From an uncultured virus (IMG/VR IMGVR_UViG_3300042479_000659) (Duplodnaviria > Heunggongvirae > Uroviricota > Caudoviricetes): a stretch of 20,000 bases of DNA. The DNA lies in the IMG/VR virus record IMGVR_UViG_3300042479_000659; one strand, given 5' to 3'. The position numbers were made by a program, and so were the translations under genes. The notes beneath the pieces are model-generated. The model saw only the letters and a list, made by a program, of their open reading frames with translations. It was not told the origin of the DNA and searched no databases. Within the stretch, counting starts at the first letter, position 1, and each line of letters starts with the position of its first letter. Positions 14,765-20,000 of this stretch are shown piece after piece.

Positions 14765-15993
14765 TGTGATATAAACCTTGTGTTGGGATTGATGCGTAAT
14801 AATGCTCGCTTAAGACCTTCACCAATGTTCCAACTTAAAATTAAAGCGTATGGATTGGGATACTTTGCGAATTCATTATCATCTAAGATTGGTATACGGC
14901 TAAGAGGAGTATACTTACCTTGCTTGTGTTCACTAGCATCGGTAATACAATGCAGGTGTGTTTTATTTAGGCCATGCCACGCAAGCCATGTGTTTGCCTT
15001 GGCGGCAGCACCCACGCCAATGATCACAGCGTCAGGTTCGTCTTGTAGTATTTGATAAAATTTAGCCAACCATGCGTTGCGTTGTTGTTCAAACTTCTTT
15101 TGAAGACCCACGTAAAAGTCTGGATCAAATAACCCAGCAGTGGTTTCTGTGTGGATAGCATTCGACACCTTTTCTGGCACTCCAGCACCTGTGGCTTTCC
15201 TTGCTACCACACGCAAACTGCCACCATGATAATCAACCACATCAAAGTCCGCAATTTCTAATCCAGCCTCTGCCAACAAGTTGTGCAGGCTCTTGACAGT
15301 AAAGTAACTGATGTGTTCATGATACACCATGTCAGTGAAGCGGCCGCTACGAACCATTTCCAGCCAGTATGGAACTTCAAACACAAATACACCATCTTTG
15401 TCCAGTAGAAAACTTACACCATGTGCAAACTCCACAGGCTCATTGGCATGATTGAATACATTGTTGGCAATAACAACTGCGGCACGACCATATTTGGGAA
15501 CAAGATCATATGCAACATTAGGATGAAATACTGCCTGTACTGCATCAACTCCTTGTGATTTGGCCAACTCACACATTGCACTGCTGGAATCAATGCCCAA
15601 CGTGGCGGTTGATTCATTGTTGAATTGTCGAATTAGATATGCATCGTTGCTGCCAATTTCCACCACAAGACCCGCAGTGTTGTATTTTGATTTGATAGTT
15701 GTGGCAAACTCGTCCCAGTGATCTCTTGCTGTCTTTGAGTTGCTGGATGTGTAACTGTAACTGTACAAGTTGTATCTTGCTTCGGCATTGCTGACATACC
15801 CCAATTGCAACATGCCTGAGTTGGGATTTAAATGTACTTGCAATGGAAACACTGGCTCACTGAGATGCAACTGATCCCGGGACACAAACGTGTCTGCGTA
15901 GGCGTGTTGTCCAAAGTCCAATACCTTGGTCACTGATTCTGTAGTGATTAAACATGTGTCCAACTGTCTGCTGTGTGTTATGTCTGTTGTCAT
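14761..15993 (-). CDS. SAM-dependent NDP-hexose C-methyltransferase
   Basis: VEIGSND, ANNVFNH, VFEVPY, YHEH.SYF, HGGSLR, GAAAKANT, KQGKYTP, LSWN motifs of the TylC3/TcaB9-type family. Confidence 0.88.
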   Translation of the reverse strand: MTTDITHSRQLDTCLITTESVTKVLDFGQHAYADTFVSRDQLHLSEPVFPLQVHLNPNSGMLQLGYVSNAEARYNLYSYSYTSSNSKTARDHWDEFATTIKSKYNTAGLVVEIGSNDAYLIRQFNNESTATLGIDSSSAMCELAKSQGVDAVQAVFHPNVAYDLVPKYGRAAVVIANNVFNHANEPVEFAHGVSFLLDKDGVFVFEVPYWLEMVRSGRFTDMVYHEHISYFTVKSLHNLLAEAGLEIADFDVVDYHGGSLRVVARKATGAGVPEKVSNAIHTETTAGLFDPDFYVGLQKKFEQQRNAWLAKFYQILQDEPDAVIIGVGAAAKANTWLAWHGLNKTHLHCITDASEHKQGKYTPLSRIPILDDNEFAKYPNPYALILSWNIGEGLKRALLRINPNTRFISQ

Positions 15994-16811
15994 TTTGGAA
16001 GTTTAAATTGTGTTGTTTGATTGTTTGGATCGTTGGCCTTCATAAGTGCCCATGGATCAATTTTTCCTGCGGCTGCCGCATCCCAGTGGGCGGTGTCGAT
16101 ATTTTTAGATCTCATGTACGCAGCCAGTTTGCCAACGTCAACCAGCCGATTGTGTGTGACGTACTTGTTATGGAAGTCTTCAGGATTTTTTGGATTGCCT
16201 TCAAAGTACTTTTTCTTTTTGGCATTTTCATCTGCATTATTACCAGTTAAATCATGACGGTCGTGTGTGACATCTACTTCAATGATTTTCATTATGTCCA
16301 ACAAGTAAGCCATTTGACTAACTTCAGCATCGATCAATTGATGCTTGCTAAGATAACCTGTTAGCTCTGGCCACTCCGCCGGTATAATGGGAAATATACT
16401 GTATGGATGTTCATTGTGAGTGTGTACTTTTAACAACTTGAACTCTCCGGTGCATTCTATAATACGTTGGTCCCATGCTTGGGTTGACATGATAGCATCG
16501 TCGCACCAAACAAACAACCAGTCAGCGTCGGCATGTTCAGCCAGTGTATTAAAATAACGATTGAGTGCTCCGTAACCCAACGGTTCAAACTCCAGTGCGG
16601 TATATGTCACATCTCGTTGGTCCAATACAGGTTGAATCGCATTGACAAAATGTTCACAGCCAATTTCATCGTTGCTGTCAATGCCAAACACAAATTGTAT
16701 TTGACTCAAGTCGTGGGCATTATCCAACAGACTAAACACACTGCGGCTCAGTGCATCTGTTCGTTTGTGCGTGGGAAGTAGTACGGCTATTTTAAATTCA
16801 CGATTTGTCAT
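15990..16811 (-). CDS. GT-A fold glycosyltransferase (GT2-like)
   Basis: IAVLLPT..R, WLFVWCDD acidic motif, THDRHD. Confidence 0.8.
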   Translation of the reverse strand: MTNREFKIAVLLPTHKRTDALSRSVFSLLDNAHDLSQIQFVFGIDSNDEIGCEHFVNAIQPVLDQRDVTYTALEFEPLGYGALNRYFNTLAEHADADWLFVWCDDAIMSTQAWDQRIIECTGEFKLLKVHTHNEHPYSIFPIIPAEWPELTGYLSKHQLIDAEVSQMAYLLDIMKIIEVDVTHDRHDLTGNNADENAKKKKYFEGNPKNPEDFHNKYVTHNRLVDVGKLAAYMRSKNIDTAHWDAAAAGKIDPWALMKANDPNNQTTQFKLPK

Positions 16812-17418
16812 GGGGAGTTATTGTGATTTGTTCTATCTTGTATTTAATAGCAGTTGCAATGGCCTCAGCAATATCTGCAGGTGTCAGTGCAGGACCTTTG
16901 GCATAGAGTTCTTCAATTTCATCTGGGGTTTTTGCACCTTGATAATTTTGTTTTAACATATTGCTACGTATTTTGCCAGGCCTGATTTCTGTAAAGAGCA
17001 CAGTGGGATACTGTTTCTTCACTGTATTCATACTGTAATGCAGTGCGGCCTTGGCGGCAGTGTAGAATATGTTATACACAATAGGATCATCAATGTTACT
17101 GCTGGTGATATAAATGAAATGTCCGGTGGCACGTTGCTGAACATATTGTTTGGCCAATAGTAGTGCACCAGTGAAGTTTACATCAACTTGATTTTTCTGA
17201 TTTTGCCAAGTATTATCTTGCCAGCCGCGAAATGCACCTACATTGGCACCTGCACAGTTGATAACAATGTCGTACTGAGATAAATCCAATTGATCGATTG
17301 CTTCAAAATTGGATAAATCTAGTTCGTTCCTTGTTGGTGCTGTGATTGTGTGTTGGGCAAACAGTTTGACACATGCTTGACCAACACCAGAACTACCGCC
17401 GGTTATAAACAAGTTCAC
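16798..17418 (-). CDS. Short-chain dehydrogenase/reductase
   Basis: TGGSSGVG, INCAG, VNFTG, YTAAK, PG.I.S.M; GTG start overlaps the queD stop. Confidence 0.9.
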   Translation of the reverse strand: MNLFITGGSSGVGQACVKLFAQHTITAPTRNELDLSNFEAIDQLDLSQYDIVINCAGANVGAFRGWQDNTWQNQKNQVDVNFTGALLLAKQYVQQRATGHFIYITSSNIDDPIVYNIFYTAAKAALHYSMNTVKKQYPTVLFTEIRPGKIRSNMLKQNYQGAKTPDEIEELYAKGPALTPADIAEAIATAIKYKIEQITITPHDKS

Positions 17419-17921
17419 GCAAACAGATCCTCATTCCATTCACGATGGCCTTCACGAAAAGCCATGTTGGCTTGTGTTTCACGTACTTCCACACGATAAC
17501 ACCACAAACGAGCTGCCTCTCCTGGCCCCCACATTTCTGGAATGTAAACGCCATTAACATACTTGTACAGCATGTCGCTGAGTCCTTCACAGCCTAGACG
17601 AGGTAATACTACAACCTTGGCCATTTTCTTTTCCGCCAACAAGTTGTATGTGGCCATTTCTGGATCATCTGCTGCCACAATAAGCGTGTGGTCAAATTGA
17701 TCCTCTAATGTTCGCTTTAGTTCTTTGAGTCCACCATAGTCGGCAGCCCAATTGCGGACGTCTAGGTCGTTGGTACCAAAGAAAAACTTCATACTGAATG
17801 AATAGCCATGTATCAAATTACAATGACTATCTGCCCTCCACTGTCTGTACGCACATGGAAATGCGTCGTGATACTCTTTGGTTGAGGTATATTTGTAAAC
17901 TACGGGATTTAATGTTGTCAT
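17415..17921 (-). CDS. queD: 6-carboxy-5,6,7,8-tetrahydropterin synthase (PTPS/QueD family)
   Basis: HCNLIHGY, ADYGGLK, FDH, GCE, V.VRET..N.A. Confidence 0.88.
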   Translation of the reverse strand: MTTLNPVVYKYTSTKEYHDAFPCAYRQWRADSHCNLIHGYSFSMKFFFGTNDLDVRNWAADYGGLKELKRTLEDQFDHTLIVAADDPEMATYNLLAEKKMAKVVVLPRLGCEGLSDMLYKYVNGVYIPEMWGPGEAARLWCYRVEVRETQANMAFREGHREWNEDLFA

Positions 17922-17928
17922 GCTGTTT

Positions 17929-17991
17929 CTCCTATGTTATTGTAGCATAGGCAGCAGAGTTTGTAAAGCGGGAATGATGCCGAAGACCGCT
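17929..17991 (-). promoter_or_regulatory. Riboswitch-like pseudoknot plus anti-SD hairpin in the queD 5' UTR
   Basis: AGCGG/CCGCU stem, loop GGCA pairs with downstream UGCC, CCUAUG/CAUAGG hairpin covers SD AGGAG; GATAAATA motif just upstream. Confidence 0.55.
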
Positions 17992-18011
17992 GTAAAGAAA
18001 TATTTATCGTA

Positions 18012-18431
18012 TTACACATCGGGATGCGTATAACTGCCTGTGCGATAGTTGCCTTGTCCAGGAATAGTATTCCTAACACCGCCAATGGGATCCTCTACGT
18101 CGCCGGTTCTTCGTGGAATTAAGTGTACGTGTGGCCAAGGCACTGTCTGCCCGGCTGCCGCACCATAGTTTAATCCAATGTTAAATCCATCCCAGACACC
18201 CAATTCGACCTGCGATTGCCCGTGATAGATTGCATCTTGCACAGCATCCATCAGCACACCCACTGTGTTGTATTTAGGTACAAACAACAGATGTCCCGGA
18301 GTCACTGGATAAATGTCCTCAAATACCTGCACATGAAAATCTTCACGCACTAGTTCGGTCCACGGTGCAAGTTGTTTGTTAATTTCCTGCGGCAACCCAG
18401 GAACGATTTCTTTTGTGTGCGGTAAAGTCAT
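18012..18431 (-). CDS. HIT family nucleotide hydrolase
   Basis: PVTPGHLLFVPK, GFNIG.N.G.AAGQTV...HVHLIPR; AAAGGA SD before ATG 18431. Confidence 0.95.
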   Translation of the reverse strand: MTLPHTKEIVPGLPQEINKQLAPWTELVREDFHVQVFEDIYPVTPGHLLFVPKYNTVGVLMDAVQDAIYHGQSQVELGVWDGFNIGLNYGAAAGQTVPWPHVHLIPRRTGDVEDPIGGVRNTIPGQGNYRTGSYTHPDV

Positions 18432-18442
18432 AATTGATCCTT

Positions 18443-19741
18443 TCATTTGACAGTGGTATAGCCCCAGGGCTTACTAAAATATTCCGACAGTTGAATCTGT
18501 GCGGATTCGTTGTTTAACAAATCAAATCCACGGAACTGAGCGTAATAAAAGTCCCAGCCAACACTGTGTTTGGGATTTTGTATCCATTCGGCCTGACTCC
18601 ATGGCATATACTCAGACCATTGTACCCCAGAAACTCTACTGTTAAATTTGGATCCCAACAGTTCAAACACTGCCGCAATTTTGGTGCGTTGCAGTGCATA
18701 GTCGGGCGCTTGATTGGACCAGTGTACAACACTAGGATCTACGTCTTTACCTGTTGCTCCAACCATGATGGTATCTAACAAAATTGGTTTTCGATACAGG
18801 GTAGCAATGCGCTGAATATCAACAATCAAATTAAATACCACAGTATCGTTGATTATACTGGCCACTGTGGTGGCGGTAGATTTGGTTACCTGTGAGCCAA
18901 CATGCACTGCAACAAGATCTACTCGATCCCATACCTGGGTAGTACAGCGATCGCAGGATTCGTAAATCAATTTGCCTGTGTACACAGTTTTGATCTGAGC
19001 AATAACGTTGTCCCAGTCGGCCATGTAAGGGGCTGTATCAAGCCCAAGATTCATGGTTCCAATGTAAAATCCATCCACTTTGTATTTCTCTGCTTCTGTG
19101 GCCAATACTCGTTGATACGAGACTAGAGTGTTAAAGAAATTTGTGGTGGAGAATGTGGACGGCAATACAAATTTTGAACTGGTGCAGCCAGGACAAATAA
19201 GCCAATCAGTGATGTGATTGACCGGAATTGCTTTGATAAACACACGGAGTCCTCGGTCTTTGGAGTACTTGACCAGTCGCCAAAAATCTTTAGGTATATT
19301 CTTATCACGGTTGTAAGCAACCGGGCTTGAGTCATACAATGCTAAATGTCCAGTTTTGATATCAATAGGAATATTGGTTTGAAAAACAATTGTATCAAAT
19401 CCAACACAATCAATCTTATCAATAACCCGAGACACAGCATCGTATCCAGCTACCAATTTACCGTCCGCGGTATAGTCAATTTGTTCGAATCGCATGTCTA
19501 TGATTGCACTGCGGTATTTGTCGGAGCCTATTGCAGGTTTGACTATGCAATTAGTAAGAGCCGAAACTGTGTGTGTAGTAGGGGCAGGTGTGGACGCAAC
19601 TGCCGCAGGCGTGGACGCAACTGCTACAGTAGTTTCTATTGCAGTGGTGCCAGGCCCGGTTATCGGAGTTCCGGCCCCACCTCCTCCGCCACACCCAGTT
19701 AGGAATAAAATCAGCCCAATTGTGCTAACAATAAAACGCAT
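18443..19741 (-). CDS. Lipoprotein with GH113/GTA-like TIM-barrel domain
   Basis: Lipobox LTGC then Gly/Thr/Ala/Pro linker; RGLRVFIK, AEKYKVDGFYIGT, WDNVIAQIKTVYTGKLIY, WDRVDLVAV, KPILL patterns. Confidence 0.6.
   Translation of the reverse strand: MRFIVSTIGLILFLTGCGGGGGAGTPITGPGTTAIETTVAVASTPAAVASTPAPTTHTVSALTNCIVKPAIGSDKYRSAIIDMRFEQIDYTADGKLVAGYDAVSRVIDKIDCVGFDTIVFQTNIPIDIKTGHLALYDSSPVAYNRDKNIPKDFWRLVKYSKDRGLRVFIKAIPVNHITDWLICPGCTSSKFVLPSTFSTTNFFNTLVSYQRVLATEAEKYKVDGFYIGTMNLGLDTAPYMADWDNVIAQIKTVYTGKLIYESCDRCTTQVWDRVDLVAVHVGSQVTKSTATTVASIINDTVVFNLIVDIQRIATLYRKPILLDTIMVGATGKDVDPSVVHWSNQAPDYALQRTKIAAVFELLGSKFNSRVSGVQWSEYMPWSQAEWIQNPKHSVGWDFYYAQFRGFDLLNNESAQIQLSEYFSKPWGYTTVK
19584..19624. repeat. 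21-nt-period tandem repeat in the lipoprotein linker (AVASTPA x2)
   Basis: gcaggtgtggacgcaactgcc followed by gcaggcgtggacgcaactgc. Confidence 0.85.
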
Positions 19742-19774
19742 AATATTTTTACCAAGAGTTGTTCAATGTACCGT

Positions 19775-19803
19775 ATTATAGCAAATTAAGAATTATTGGT
19801 CAA
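19775..19803 (-). promoter_or_regulatory. sigma70 promoter for the lipoprotein gene
   Basis: TTGACC-17 bp-TATAAT with TGn. Confidence 0.8.
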
Positions 19804-20000
19804 CTAGCCATTTTTGATAAACTTGGTGTAATTCTTCCCAGTTTAGGATTAATTCTTTGTAATTTCTTGGGTTTTTAATACTTTGGTGTGTGTATTCAGA
19901 ATTTACTGTGTAATCAATGCCCAGTTGATCGGCCACATACTTTTCCGGAACAGCGGCAGCCACCAAACTATTGTAGTCGATGCGGATCATACTGTTGTAC
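19793..20000 (-). CDS. C-terminal part of a second Stf0-like sulfotransferase (5' end outside the window)
   Basis: IDYNSL...VADQLGI...KNPRNYKELILNWEEL matches the C-terminus of 1276..1890 (IYYEDL...VADKLDL...PYRYKDIILNWEEL). Confidence 0.65.
   Translation of the reverse strand, partial: YNSMIRIDYNSLVAAAVPEKYVADQLGIDYTVNSEYTHQSIKNPRNYKELILNWEELHQVYQKWLVDQ

Noticed and set aside
17929..17991. Canonical preQ1-I riboswitch
   Set aside because: Lacks the typical GGUUCUAG-type loop and long A-rich 3' tail; kept only as an unclassified candidate
7006..19781. Many 60-156 aa antisense or alternate-frame ORFs
   Set aside because: Shadows of well-supported minus-strand genes, with no motifs or RBS
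1..20000. Stop-codon reassignment, CRISPR array, integrase or transposase
   Set aside because: Recognisable genes read through in the standard code and no suppressor anticodon is present; no regularly spaced repeats or mobile-element motifs seen

Overview
This window looks like part of a large lytic dsDNA bacteriophage genome (T4-like/jumbo-type). That is an inference from three features: dense, mostly minus-strand genes with ATGA overlaps, a T4 RNase H-like nuclease, and both sigma70 and (T/G/C)ATAAATA late-promoter-like motifs. Bases 1-3520 are a minus-strand tRNA array of 10 CCA-encoding tRNAs: Tyr, Glu, Asp, Trp, Ile, Arg(TCG), Phe, Ser(GCT), an 8/4-type Ser(TGA) and Cys. The array is interrupted by a sulfotransferase-like gene and a peptidase S11 gene, and contains several unannotated structured RNAs. 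It has two notable control regions: a leader-peptide/antiterminator/terminator arrangement at its head, and an internal rrn-like tandem promoter with boxB/boxA. Bases 3577-10673 encode GT10-like glycosyltransferases, a ParB-like protein, hypothetical proteins, a MazG-like pyrophosphatase, RNase H and two SGNH-like proteins. Bases 10683-18431 encode HIT, queD, a six-gene NDP-sugar/C-methyltransferase/glycosyltransferase cassette, queE and metK, with a riboswitch-like pseudoknot ahead of queD. The window ends with a GH113-like lipoprotein and the 3' end of a second sulfotransferase. All calls come from reading motifs by eye; no searches were run.
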